A stretch of DNA of 64,000 bases from contig NZ_CAJXKH010000007.1 of NCBI RefSeq assembly GCF_913055755.1, positions 2,256 through 66,255 on the forward strand, read 5' to 3'. This stretch comes from an uncultured Microbulbifer sp. Lineage in GTDB: Bacteria > Pseudomonadota > Gammaproteobacteria > Pseudomonadales > Cellvibrionaceae. Made by a program: the position numbers and the translations under genes. The notes under the pieces are model-generated. The model was not told the DNA's origin. It saw nothing but the letters and a program-made list of their open reading frames with translations, and made no database searches. Of this stretch, positions 20,694 to 30,414 are shown piece by piece (the stretch's first letter is position 1; each line of letters starts with the position of its first letter).

Positions 20694-23084
20694 TCAGATC
20701 GGCGATCCCGGCGGCATTGCCTTCAGGTCCCCCGCCTTGACTTCCAGCTTGCCATCGCGGAACGCCGCGATGCGATTGGCCTCGTGGAAATAGTGCGCGT
20801 TGTAACCCTGGGAGTCATCCCCGAACAATTTCATCTCGCCAATGGCGTGCTGGAATTTTGCCAGCTCGAAGTCGGCGCGGGCGCGGGCGGACTCCGGCGC
20901 TTTGCTGTTAGCTGCCAGCAGCATCAAGTGATGAATGTAGACGTGGTTCACCCGCTGGTGAATTGCCGCCTCCAGGCCTTCATAGTCCCAGCGCTGCAAC
21001 GCCTGCTCCGTGAGCTGGGCGAGGAGAGCCGCGAACCCCGGACCTTCGCCCCGTCGCGCACGCTGCTCCTGCAGGCGCGCGGCGCGCTCCGGATCGAGCA
21101 AGATGGAATAGGTATGGCCCGCGGCCGCTTCCGCCATCGCAATACCGTCAAACGCGACCCCGGTGTAAGCGGCAAAACTCTCGTTGGTGCGGCTATAGCC
21201 GTAAGATTTCGGCGGCAACAGTTTCAGCACCCGCTCCGGCAGGGTCAGAAATTCCGGCCGCAGGGTGCCGGCCAGCGCATCGATTGCCGCTTGCTGTTTT
21301 TCCGCTGCCACCATGGTATAGCTTTCCGGCTCGGCATCGTTGTACAGGTAGTCGTAATCCAGGCCACCGATCAGTTTGCCCACGGCTTCCGCCTGATAGC
21401 GATGCCCGTAGTAGACCGGCACCAGGGTTTCGTCGAGGGAGGAGCGCGGCATGTCCGGCAGGTTGGCCGCGGCGCTGAAGTTGTCCAGTGCGTGGCGGCG
21501 CAGTCCGGTCATGCGCGCAAACTCCTCCAGCACATCGCCGCCGTTGTCCCACAGGTGGGATACCGCATGGGCGTTGTTGATCGCGCGGGAATCCGGGTCG
21601 GAGATAAAGCGCAGTTTTTTCTGCTCTGCCGCGTCGATCACCCCGGCGAGGAAACCTTCCTCGTCGTTCTCTGCAACACCGTAACCGTACTGGATGGCGA
21701 GTTTGTCCCAGTCACCGATTCCGTTGGCGTAGGCCTGATCGACATCCAGATTCCCGCTTTCCAGTGAAACCAGCGGTGCCGGATAATCCATTACCGAGGC
21801 GCGCCCTGCCGTACTGGTGACAAAGTTATGTGCCAATCCCAGGGTGTGCCCTACCTCGTGGGCCGACAGCTGGCGAATGCGCGCCAGTGCCATTGCCTTG
21901 AGGTTTTCGGTATCCGCTTCCTTGTCCGCAAAAGGCTGCAGCAAGCCCTGGGCAATCAGCAGGTCCTGGCGTACCCGTAGCGAGCCCAGGGTCACATTGC
22001 CCTTGAGGATTTCCCCGGTGCGCGGATCGTAAATCGAATAGCCGTAGGACCAGCCACGGGTCGAGCGGTGTACCCAGTTGATCACGTTGTAACGGATATC
22101 CAGTGGGTCCGCATCTTCCGGCAGTACCTTTACCTGGAACGCGCCCTTGAAGCCCGCCGCGGCAAACGCCTGGTCCCACCAGCTGGCGCCCTCGATCAGC
22201 GCACTGCGCACCGGTTCCGGCACGCCGGCATCCACGTAGTAAACGATGGGCTCTACCACCTCGTCACTGCCCGGCTTTTTCTGCAGGCGGTGGCGGAAGA
22301 TCAGGCGCTGATCCATAGGCTGGTCAATGGCGGTCGCATAGTCGCGATAGGTCAGCGGGAAATAGCCGCTGCGGCTGTGGAACCGGCGCGGCTGGTAGTC
22401 CGCGTCCGGCAGTTCCACCAGCGAGATATGCTGGCGCAGGGTCACCAGGTTTGGCGTCGGCACCACTTCCTTCAGGTATTTGCCGGGCTCGCTGCCGGCA
22501 AAGGTCAGCTGCGCCTCAAATTCGGTATTTTTCGGGAAGCTCTTGGTGCGCGGCAGGTAGACCGCGGATTTGGAATCATCCAAGGTGTAGCTGCCCTGCT
22601 CGGTGTCCTTGAGACGCTGGGCGATGCCGTGCTGGTCGCTGAGGAGGAAGGGGGTGAAGTTCACCAGCACAGCACCGCTTTCCTCGGCGACCACATCAAA
22701 CCCCCAGAGCACCGAAGACGCGAAGGCCTCTGCCACCGCGCGGCGCTCGGCCGCGCTGTCGGACAGTGCCCGGTACTTGAGGTTTTCCTGGTGCAGCAGC
22801 ACCTTGTTGCCGACGCGCTCGAACTTCACCACGCGGCTTTCACCGGCCTGGTTGCGGTCGAGCCCCACCGGGTTTGAACCCAGCCCCTGGGCGAGACCGG
22901 TGAGCAACAACAGCTCCCGGTCGAACTGGTCGATTTCCAGCAGTATCCGGCCTTTACCGGCGTCCCAGTAAAAATCGAAATAACCCGGCTGCTTTTCCAT
23001 CCCGGTAGTGGCGGCACTGATGGTTTCCGCCTGTATCGGCAGACTGACCATCAGCAGCGTGACGAGCATAAGTCGTTTGAACAT
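20694..23084 (-). CDS. Secreted zinc-dependent metalloprotease (DUF5117/DUF4953, EcxA-like metzincin)
   Basis: Signal peptide; HEVGHTLGLAHN zinc motif, SVMDY Met-turn, DPRTGEILKG. Confidence 0.92.
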   Translation of the reverse strand: MFKRLMLVTLLMVSLPIQAETISAATTGMEKQPGYFDFYWDAGKGRILLEIDQFDRELLLLTGLAQGLGSNPVGLDRNQAGESRVVKFERVGNKVLLHQENLKYRALSDSAAERRAVAEAFASSVLWGFDVVAEESGAVLVNFTPFLLSDQHGIAQRLKDTEQGSYTLDDSKSAVYLPRTKSFPKNTEFEAQLTFAGSEPGKYLKEVVPTPNLVTLRQHISLVELPDADYQPRRFHSRSGYFPLTYRDYATAIDQPMDQRLIFRHRLQKKPGSDEVVEPIVYYVDAGVPEPVRSALIEGASWWDQAFAAAGFKGAFQVKVLPEDADPLDIRYNVINWVHRSTRGWSYGYSIYDPRTGEILKGNVTLGSLRVRQDLLIAQGLLQPFADKEADTENLKAMALARIRQLSAHEVGHTLGLAHNFVTSTAGRASVMDYPAPLVSLESGNLDVDQAYANGIGDWDKLAIQYGYGVAENDEEGFLAGVIDAAEQKKLRFISDPDSRAINNAHAVSHLWDNGGDVLEEFARMTGLRRHALDNFSAAANLPDMPRSSLDETLVPVYYGHRYQAEAVGKLIGGLDYDYLYNDAEPESYTMVAAEKQQAAIDALAGTLRPEFLTLPERVLKLLPPKSYGYSRTNESFAAYTGVAFDGIAMAEAAAGHTYSILLDPERAARLQEQRARRGEGPGFAALLAQLTEQALQRWDYEGLEAAIHQRVNHVYIHHLMLLAANSKAPESARARADFELAKFQHAIGEMKLFGDDSQGYNAHYFHEANRIAAFRDGKLEVKAGDLKAMPPGSPI

Positions 23085-23336
23085 ATTCTCCCCCGATAAC
23101 GGTTCTTATTTGTTTTCGCGTACACAGATTACCATCATGGCGCAGGCGACAAATATTCTCGAGGGTTTTCTGCCCTTTCCCCGCACACCCTCACTTTCAC
23201 TGTTCTATAAGCGGGCTTTCCACTCTGTTGCAACGGGATTGCGCACCCCAATGGCATCCAAATAGTTGATCGCACCCATTCAGTTCACCGCCGCCCAGCT
23301 TCCGTTCGGCGCTGCGCCCAAACACAGTGCGCGCTT

Positions 23337-23351
23337 TGGCACAGTTAATGC
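23337..23351 (+). promoter_or_regulatory. Sigma54 (-24/-12) promoter for the TauE-aminotransferase operon
   Basis: TGGCACAGTTAATGC with GG-N10-GC spacing; partial GCACC half-sites upstream (about 23240-23330). Confidence 0.65.
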
Positions 23352-23406
23352 TTTTCCCTGTATATCCAGCAATGTGCTGACTCAATGACGAGTTACGGGG
23401 GAATGT

Positions 23407-24225
23407 ATGAGTCTCGAAGAAGTATCACTGTTTATCCTGTTGCTGTGCGCAGCAGGCCTGATTGCCGGAATCACGGCGGGACTCTTCGGCAACGGCGGCG
23501 GCTTTGTCGTCGTGCCGGCGCTTCTGGCGGTATTCCCCTTTCTCCACAGTGCTTCCGATGAAATGATGCGGGTGGCCGTGGGCACATCCCTCGCCTCCAT
23601 CGTGATTTCTTCGGCGCGTTCGGTGCAGGCACACAGCAAGCGGGGGGCGGTAGACTTCAAGGTCCTCAGGGACTGGTCAATCTGGATCGTACTGGGAGTC
23701 GGTGCGGGCCTGTATATCGCGTCGTTTACCGACAGCAAAAGCCTGATCTATGTATTTGCCGCCGGGGTACTGGTCTACTCGATCTATTTCCTGTTTCCCA
23801 ACCTGTTTGACGGTCTCAAAGGCAAACTGGATATGCCCACCGGTATCGCCCGCGCCGGACTGGCGAGCTTCCTCGGTGGTTTTTCCTCACTGCTCGGTAT
23901 AGGCGGCGGCACAATTACGGTGATGACCATGGTGCTGTGTAACCGTCCCGCGCACCAGGCGGTGGCAACGGCATCCGGCATCGGCTTTCTGATCGGGCTC
24001 CCCGGCGCCATTGGCTTCCTCATTATGGGGCTCGGCGCACCAGATCTGCCCATGGGTTCGATCGGCTACATCAATATTCCCGCGCTGATCGCCATCTCCA
24101 TTTTTTCCATCATTTCCGCCCCAATCGGCGCACGCTGGGCACACAGCCTGGATGAACTACATCTCAAGCGCCTGTTTGGGCTGTACCTGATTGCTGTTTC
24201 CGTCGCCATGTTTGCCAAGGCATAA
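23407..24225 (+). CDS. TauE/SafE (TSUP) family membrane transporter
   Basis: AGLFGNGGGFVVVPAL, AVGTSLA, LLGIGGG, AVATASG. Confidence 0.92.
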   Translation: MSLEEVSLFILLLCAAGLIAGITAGLFGNGGGFVVVPALLAVFPFLHSASDEMMRVAVGTSLASIVISSARSVQAHSKRGAVDFKVLRDWSIWIVLGVGAGLYIASFTDSKSLIYVFAAGVLVYSIYFLFPNLFDGLKGKLDMPTGIARAGLASFLGGFSSLLGIGGGTITVMTMVLCNRPAHQAVATASGIGFLIGLPGAIGFLIMGLGAPDLPMGSIGYINIPALIAISIFSIISAPIGARWAHSLDELHLKRLFGLYLIAVSVAMFAKA

Positions 24226-24290
24226 AAAGAAATCGTGAAAACGGTTTCCTCTTTTCATTCCGACACGCTGAAAACCAGGAGAACACAATA

Positions 24291-25436
24291 ATGCATAAAT
24301 CAATGAGTAGAAGGTTGTTCCTGCAGGGGACAACCGCAGCATTTTCCGCTGCCGCCATGGGTGCGGCTGCATCTGTATCCGCGAAGGAAATGGTGCGCCC
24401 GACGCCCCTGTATGGGCCGCCCCCCGGCGTGGCCAAACTGAACGCCAACGAAAACCCCTACGGCCCCAGCCCTGCCGCCCTCAAGGCGATGATGCAGGCC
24501 AGCCAAAAAGGCGCGTATTACGTATACGACAGTGTGATGCGCCTGAAAACCATGATCGCCGAACGCCACGGCCTGACACCGGACCACATTGCGCTGGGCT
24601 CCGGCTCCAGTGCCGGGCTGGTAGCTGCCGCCATTGTGGCAGCACACAAGGGCAGTATCCTGGGTCCCGATCTGTTCTGGGATACCACCGCCAAGGTGGT
24701 AGAAGTCCAGAATATCGGCGAGATCAAACGTCTGCCGAAACTGGACTCCCTCGCCATCGATCTCGATGCCATGTACGCGGCGATCGACGACTCGGTCTCC
24801 ATGGTGCAGGTCACCAACCCCAACAACCCGACCGGCATGCTGATTGACCCGGTGGCGATGCGCAATTTCTGTATCAAGGCGTCAAAAAAGTGCACCGTAC
24901 TTGCGGATGAGGCCTATAACGAGCTGACCGATAACGGCGACGCCAACTCGGTTATCCCCCTGATAAAACAGGGACATGACGTCATCGTCGCGCGCACCTT
25001 CTCCAAGATTTACGGCCTCGCTGGTATGCGCGTGGGCTATCTGATCGCCCAGCCGGAAAAGATCCAGGAAATGCAGCGCTACGGCATTGGCTGGTACGGC
25101 CTCAACCAGGCGGGTCTCGCCGGCGCCATCGCCAGCTATGAAGACCACAAGTTCATGGATTACAGCCGCGCCAAGGTCAAGGAAGCCCGGGAAATGGTTT
25201 CCGCGGCGGTCAAGGAAAACGGGCTGACTGCACTACCCTCCGTAACCAACTTTATGTTCGTCAACCTCGGCGATCTCAATGCGGAAACCTTCCGCGCAGA
25301 GATGGAAAAAGAAAACGTACTGATCCGTGGTATCTACCGCGATTACACCAACTGGTCGCGGGTAAGCATGGGCTACCTGGAAGATGTGGAGAAGTACACT
25401 TCCGCACTGCCCAAGGTACTGCACAGAATGAGCTGA
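24291..25436 (+). CDS. Class I/II PLP aminotransferase (HisC-like) with Tat signal peptide
   Basis: SRRLFL twin-arginine signal; NANENPYGP, NPNNPTG, DEAY, RTFSKIYGLAGMRVGY. Confidence 0.9.
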   Translation: MHKSMSRRLFLQGTTAAFSAAAMGAAASVSAKEMVRPTPLYGPPPGVAKLNANENPYGPSPAALKAMMQASQKGAYYVYDSVMRLKTMIAERHGLTPDHIALGSGSSAGLVAAAIVAAHKGSILGPDLFWDTTAKVVEVQNIGEIKRLPKLDSLAIDLDAMYAAIDDSVSMVQVTNPNNPTGMLIDPVAMRNFCIKASKKCTVLADEAYNELTDNGDANSVIPLIKQGHDVIVARTFSKIYGLAGMRVGYLIAQPEKIQEMQRYGIGWYGLNQAGLAGAIASYEDHKFMDYSRAKVKEAREMVSAAVKENGLTALPSVTNFMFVNLGDLNAETFRAEMEKENVLIRGIYRDYTNWSRVSMGYLEDVEKYTSALPKVLHRMS

Positions 25437-25612
25437 ATTCGAACTTCAATTTCCGTTGTAGTCGCTCCAACTGGCCAGCTCTGCTGGCCTTTTTTGTATC
25501 CGAAATTTACCTGACATCCTATACAAGGCCACCGGTGACACAGGCAAAAAAATCCCCGCAGAGCGGGGATCAATTTTTGTAGAAGACCTCTATAGGTGTT
25601 TATCAGGGGTCA

Positions 25613-28198
25613 TTAGAAATTGTGGTTCAGACTCATGTAGTAGAAACTGCCCTGCCAATCAACCACGGTATCGGACGGGTAGCGGGCGCCACAGCAATAG
25701 TCACCGAGCTGGTCCAGTTCCGGATACTCGTCGAAGATATTGCGGCCACCGAGGCTGACATTGGTGGACTCGGTAATGTGGTATTTACCCTCCAGGTCCA
25801 CCTGCACAACCGGATCAAACTCCTGTACATTGCCAGCGTCGAAGTTCTCGTAGCTGCCATACCAGTTGGCGCGCGCCATCAGTGCAACCGGCCCGATTTC
25901 GTGCATGGCAGTCACTGCGCCACGCAGTTTCGGCTGGAAGTTTTCGAAGTCGTACTGGTCTTCCTCATTCAGGTATTCACTGGGATCGGAGGCAAACTCG
26001 GACTTGTTGTAGTTCAGTGACGCGGTGATATTGGTTACCTGAGTGTCGGACCAGGCCAGCGGGTAAGTCGCTACCACGTCCACACCCTCGGTGGTGGTAT
26101 CGAAGGCATTGGTGAAGTAGAAAACCCCACCGATGGATTCGGCACCGACCACACCGGCACCAACCAGCGCCAGGTAGTTGTCGTAGGCGGCACCGCTGCC
26201 ACTGTCCGCGGATACATCCAGGGTAGAGATGGCGTAGGTGCGGTCGTCCACATCGATGCGGTAGAAGTCTACCGTCATGCTCAGCTTGTCGAAGTCCGCG
26301 GTAAAGCCGAAAGTAAAGTTTGTGGAGGTTTCCGGCTTCAGCGCTTCCGCCCCCAGGGCTTGCGCCACGTCACTGCTGGCCGGGAACAGACCGGTCGCTA
26401 CCGGGAAGCCATTGGGCAGGCGGGTGGAAACGTTGGTGGTGCCCTGCTGGCCCGGTGTTGGTGCGCGGAAACCGGTACCAACGGATGCGCGCATGCCGAT
26501 GGCATCGGTAATGTCGTACTGCATCGCCAGCTTGCCTACCAGTTCCGAGTCGAAATCGGAGTAGTCTTCGTAGCGCACCGCGCCCTGTACAAACAGCTGG
26601 TCGGTCAGGTCTGTACTCAGGTCACCGTAGACCGCGTAGGAGTCGCGCGAATAGTTACCGCTGTATTCCGGAGAATAGCCGGGGAAGCCGTTGGAGCCCA
26701 CACCCACCACGGTATACACCGGATCGTCGGCGTTGGCACAGTCGAGGCTGGAGCCTCCGGCGATTGCCGCCATCCCCGCGCTGGTGGCGGTACCGTCGGC
26801 GTTACAGAAGCCCCAGGGGTCCTGGGTGGCATAGGGGCCCGCCTCGAACGATGCCGGGTCACCGCCGGTCAACTCATAGGATTCATCCATATAGCTGAGG
26901 CCGAAGGCGGCGATCACCGGGCTGTTCAGGCCCATCTGCAGTTCCTTGGAGAAATCCGCCTGCAGCTGCATTTCCTCATTGGCCAGGGTACCCGGCTTGA
27001 ATGAGGTCGGGCTGTCGGGGCCCATGGAGGGGTTGACGGTATTGGCCAGCGAGTAGGCGATTTCAGAGAGACCGTAACGGGCACTCAAGTCATAGGTGAG
27101 CCCGGAAGTCATTTCGCCCTTGAGTCCGGTCGCGAAGGAGGTATCGGTCACTTCACCACTGAAACGCGGGGTAAAGCCGCCGGGGAATTTTTCCAGCGGG
27201 TTGTAGATGGAACCGTCTTCCGTGCGCAGGTCCTCGATGGTGCCGTTATTCGGATAGCGGTAATAGAAGCCGCCATCCGCCTCGCTTTCGGAGTAGTTAC
27301 CGAATGCGTACAACTCCATTCCATCACCGAGGTCATAGCCGGCGTTGAAGAAGATACGCGCCGCCTCGGAATTGGGCTGCCCCCAGGGCTGCACCACATC
27401 GCCTTCGAGCGATGCATTCTGGGTCGCGGCCATAAAGTCGGGATCTTCGGTATAGGCCGCATACCAGGCTTCACTGTCGTAAATGGGATTGTCTTTGTCG
27501 AGACAGAACCAGCTGCCGCAGTACTGTTCCGCACGGGAAGTAAAGTCGGCCTGCGACACTTCGCCGGAAATGCTCAGGAAGCCGTCGCTGCCCAGCGGCA
27601 TACCCACGTTACCGGTAGCGGTGGTCTGGAAACCGTCGCCCTCACTGTACTCGCCGGTGCGCACACTGAAGGAACCCCCCTCGGCATTGTCCTTGAGGAT
27701 GAAGTTGATTACGCCGGCAATGGCATCGGAACCGTACTGGGCAGCCGCACCATCGCGCAGCACCTCGACAGATTTCAGCGCCGAGCTGGGAATGGTGGCG
27801 ATATCCGGCCCCTGGGTTCCGGAACCGCCGATCTGCACCAGTGCAGCGCGGTGACGCCGTTTGGAGTTCACCAGTACCAGGGTTTTGTCGGTGGGCATGC
27901 CACGCAACTGCGCCGGGCGGATAAAGGTGCCGCCGTCACTGATCGGCTGACGGGTCACATTATAGGAAGGCACCAGGGTTTTGAGCACATCGTTGGTATC
28001 GGTATAGGAAACCGATTCCAGCGCCTCGCTGCCGAACACGTCCACCGGTACCGGTGAGTCGGATACCGAGCGCGGCTTGCCCCGCACGCCGGTCACCGCA
28101 ACCTCTTCAATTTCCTCCGCCACTGCCGGTAATACCGGCGCAACCATAGTTCCGGCGATAACCGCCATCACAGCACAACTCAGAGCTTTACGCTTCAT
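25613..28198 (-). CDS. TonB-dependent outer-membrane receptor
   Basis: Signal peptide, TonB-box-like EEVAVTG, plug motifs LVLVNSKRR and EVLRDGAAAQYGSDAIAGVINF, terminal Phe. Confidence 0.95.
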   Translation of the reverse strand: MKRKALSCAVMAVIAGTMVAPVLPAVAEEIEEVAVTGVRGKPRSVSDSPVPVDVFGSEALESVSYTDTNDVLKTLVPSYNVTRQPISDGGTFIRPAQLRGMPTDKTLVLVNSKRRHRAALVQIGGSGTQGPDIATIPSSALKSVEVLRDGAAAQYGSDAIAGVINFILKDNAEGGSFSVRTGEYSEGDGFQTTATGNVGMPLGSDGFLSISGEVSQADFTSRAEQYCGSWFCLDKDNPIYDSEAWYAAYTEDPDFMAATQNASLEGDVVQPWGQPNSEAARIFFNAGYDLGDGMELYAFGNYSESEADGGFYYRYPNNGTIEDLRTEDGSIYNPLEKFPGGFTPRFSGEVTDTSFATGLKGEMTSGLTYDLSARYGLSEIAYSLANTVNPSMGPDSPTSFKPGTLANEEMQLQADFSKELQMGLNSPVIAAFGLSYMDESYELTGGDPASFEAGPYATQDPWGFCNADGTATSAGMAAIAGGSSLDCANADDPVYTVVGVGSNGFPGYSPEYSGNYSRDSYAVYGDLSTDLTDQLFVQGAVRYEDYSDFDSELVGKLAMQYDITDAIGMRASVGTGFRAPTPGQQGTTNVSTRLPNGFPVATGLFPASSDVAQALGAEALKPETSTNFTFGFTADFDKLSMTVDFYRIDVDDRTYAISTLDVSADSGSGAAYDNYLALVGAGVVGAESIGGVFYFTNAFDTTTEGVDVVATYPLAWSDTQVTNITASLNYNKSEFASDPSEYLNEEDQYDFENFQPKLRGAVTAMHEIGPVALMARANWYGSYENFDAGNVQEFDPVVQVDLEGKYHITESTNVSLGGRNIFDEYPELDQLGDYCCGARYPSDTVVDWQGSFYYMSLNHNF

Positions 28199-28356
28199 AC
28201 TCTTCCCCACTCGTCTTTGAACAATTGCCATAACCATTATTTTTTTCAGGCAAAAGCGTCCCGTACTGCGCTCCACGAGGGTTCGCAGGTAATATGTCTT
28301 TAGTACTTCGGGTGCTTTTGCTGCAGAGAAACCGCGACTGCGTTACTGGGTAGGGA

Positions 28357-28371
28357 GCAATAAGTGTGCCA
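28357..28371 (-). promoter_or_regulatory. Sigma54 promoter for the TonB receptor
   Basis: Minus strand TGGCACACTTATTGC matches the TGGCAC-N5-TTGC consensus. Confidence 0.75.
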
Positions 28372-28402
28372 GCTCTCCAACCGCCCCCCACTGCGGCCCC
28401 TG

Positions 28403-28431
28403 GAAAACTTTTTTCAGCAAGGTGCATCCAA
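28403..28431 (+). promoter_or_regulatory. SigmaE/AlgU-like promoter for the YggN-like gene
   Basis: GAAAACTT-N16-TCCAA, one mismatch to GAACTT-N16-TCNAA; E. coli yggN is sigmaE-regulated. Confidence 0.5.
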
Positions 28432-28487
28432 AGCCCGAAGCGGCGGCGTCACAGCCATATCGATACAGAAAATTTGTAGACAACCCT

Positions 28488-29303
28488 ATGAAACAAGCCT
28501 TGCTTCTCTTCTCAGCCCTGACATTGGCGGCACCGATAGCGGCCACTGCCGCGGAGATCAACCTGACCACCGACGAGAACAGCCAGTGCTCGCTGGACCT
28601 GAACCACAACACCCGTGTGAGTGCAGAATTCTTCGAGGTGATGCACGACGACGACAAACAAACCCTGCGCTACGACGCAAACAAGCCCCGGGAACTGCAG
28701 GTCAACGACCGCGTAGTGCCCCTGAATGCAGCGCAGCAGAACCAATTGGAGGCGTATCACGCAGGCCTGTTGCAGTCCGGGCGTGACATTACCCGCATCG
28801 CCATCGACGCAGTGGATATCGCCATGGAAGGTGTGGGCATCGCCCTCACCACCCTTGCCGGCGCCGACCACCCGGATGCGGTGGAATTCCGCCAGGCGGC
28901 GGATGAAATGCGCCTGGCTACCCGCGAGCGTCTGCAGGCTCAGGAAGGCGTTTACGTACTGGGCGATAACTGGGACGAGGAAGCGGGAGAGGACATAGAG
29001 CGCACCATCGAGGAGATCGTGGAGCGGGAACTGGAACCGCGGATTGAAAAGATCGCACTGGAATCCGCCGGCACCATCACCTGGCACGCATTAAAAGCAG
29101 TATTCACTGGCGGTGCCAGTATCGAACGCGACGCGGAACAAGCCGCAGAAGCTGCCGAGGAGATCCTGGAGGCGCGTGCGGAACACCTGGAGTCTCGGGC
29201 GGAAAACCTGTGCCACAACCTGACGGTAATGGACACCATCGAAACCGACCTGCAGCAGGACATCCCGGAACTGAAGGATTTTGACCTGATCGAGCTGGAT
29301 TGA
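28488..29303 (+). CDS. YggN/DUF2884 family secreted protein
   Basis: Signal peptide, L.VN...V.LNAAQQ..L..Y pattern, IA.DAV.IA, C-terminal LC...IPELK. Confidence 0.8.
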   Translation: MKQALLLFSALTLAAPIAATAAEINLTTDENSQCSLDLNHNTRVSAEFFEVMHDDDKQTLRYDANKPRELQVNDRVVPLNAAQQNQLEAYHAGLLQSGRDITRIAIDAVDIAMEGVGIALTTLAGADHPDAVEFRQAADEMRLATRERLQAQEGVYVLGDNWDEEAGEDIERTIEEIVERELEPRIEKIALESAGTITWHALKAVFTGGASIERDAEQAAEAAEEILEARAEHLESRAENLCHNLTVMDTIETDLQQDIPELKDFDLIELD

Positions 29304-29395
29304 GATACCGGCCGAGCAATCAGGAGGATTGCTTCAGATCGACATTTTCTCTACCCCCCTAGAGGAAGACCCCCTAGAAGTACCCCCCAAGGGTT

Positions 29396-29421
29396 CGGCC
29401 GCTACCAGCGGCCGTTTTTTT
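29396..29421 (+). terminator. Intrinsic terminator
   Basis: CGGCCGCT-ACC-AGCGGCCG followed by TTTTTTT. Confidence 0.75.
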
Positions 29422-29436
29422 GGGGTCCCGGCAGAG

Positions 29437-29952
29437 CTATTTTTTCGCAACACCCAGCTCGCCCAGGGTGCTGGCGATATCTTCCGCGCTGGTGGCGGGC
29501 TTGATATCACTGTCCACCTTCAGCACATTGCCGTCCTTGCCGATATAGATGGTTACCCGCTTGGCCACATTCAACAGCGGCATCTTCACATCGTAGGCTG
29601 CAGCCACCTCACCACCCGGATCGCTCAGCAGTGGGAAATCGGCCTTGTACTGCTTGGCAAACTTCTCGTTCACCTCCACTTCATCGGTGCTGGCCATAAA
29701 ATAGGCCACATCATATTCGCGAATCAGATGCCCCTTTTCCGCCAGCGACTTGCACTCGATGGTGCAGCCCTTGGTAAAGGCTTTCGGGTACCAGGCGATA
29801 ACCACCGCCTGCTTGCCGCGGAAATCCGCCAGGGAATAGGTTTTGCCATCCGACGCGGTGAGGGAAAACTCGGGAGCCGGCTTGCCCACTTCCAGCGCAA
29901 AGCCGGGTAACGCTATTGCCAGCAGGGCCACCAGTAAGAACAGCTTTCTCAT
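29437..29952 (-). CDS. Secreted peroxiredoxin (BCP/PrxQ-like)
   Basis: Signal peptide; YPKAFTKGCTIEC motif; FPLLSD. Confidence 0.9.
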   Translation of the reverse strand: MRKLFLLVALLAIALPGFALEVGKPAPEFSLTASDGKTYSLADFRGKQAVVIAWYPKAFTKGCTIECKSLAEKGHLIREYDVAYFMASTDEVEVNEKFAKQYKADFPLLSDPGGEVAAAYDVKMPLLNVAKRVTIYIGKDGNVLKVDSDIKPATSAEDIASTLGELGVAKK

Positions 29953-30119
29953 TTCTCTTCTCCAGATATTGTTAAAAAGGCGCAAAACCAAAATTAGCCC
30001 AAGCCCCATGGAATCACCTGTCACACACCCGACAGTCAACACTTGAACTTGGGCAACCTCAGTATTCTATGCTAAATTCCAGCGAGCTAAATATTGCCCC
30101 ATGCGAAATCCAGACATTT

Positions 30120-30138
30120 TGTATACGAAGTGTATACA
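30120..30138. promoter_or_regulatory. Palindromic candidate operator upstream of the AAA operon
   Basis: TGTATAC-GAAGT-GTATACA (7-5-7 inverted repeat). Confidence 0.45.
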
Positions 30139-30180
30139 TAAAATAATGGTATGGGGCAGTCTCCATACAAAGAATAAAAA

Positions 30181-30414
30181 ATGCGCATTCACCTTTATGG
30201 CCGAGACGGTCTACACGCACTATTCGCGGCAGGCTTTCCTGCTTTTGTAACAGGGCACGCAGATACTTTGCCAGTTACGGCCAGCATTGTTGTGTTCTTA
30301 ACCATATTTACTGGCTACCTTACCTGCTGCGCGCTAATTCGCCACCACCGCACCGAGCGCAGCACATCTGAAACGACCAATATATCGGCAGACCTGGATT
30401 CGCACCATGGATGA
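30181..30414 (+). CDS. Possible small membrane protein
   Basis: ATG start, one hydrophobic stretch, stop overlaps the AAA start; no recognisable family. Confidence 0.3.
   Translation: MRIHLYGRDGLHALFAAGFPAFVTGHADTLPVTASIVVFLTIFTGYLTCCALIRHHRTERSTSETTNISADLDSHHG

Noticed and set aside
29329-29910. 193-aa plus-strand ORF after the YggN-like gene
   Set aside because: It crosses a terminator and lies antisense to the peroxiredoxin, and its AGGAGG is too close to the TTG to act as an RBS.
29437-29952. Selenocysteine-containing peroxiredoxin
   Set aside because: The active-site codons are Cys and there is no in-frame TGA.
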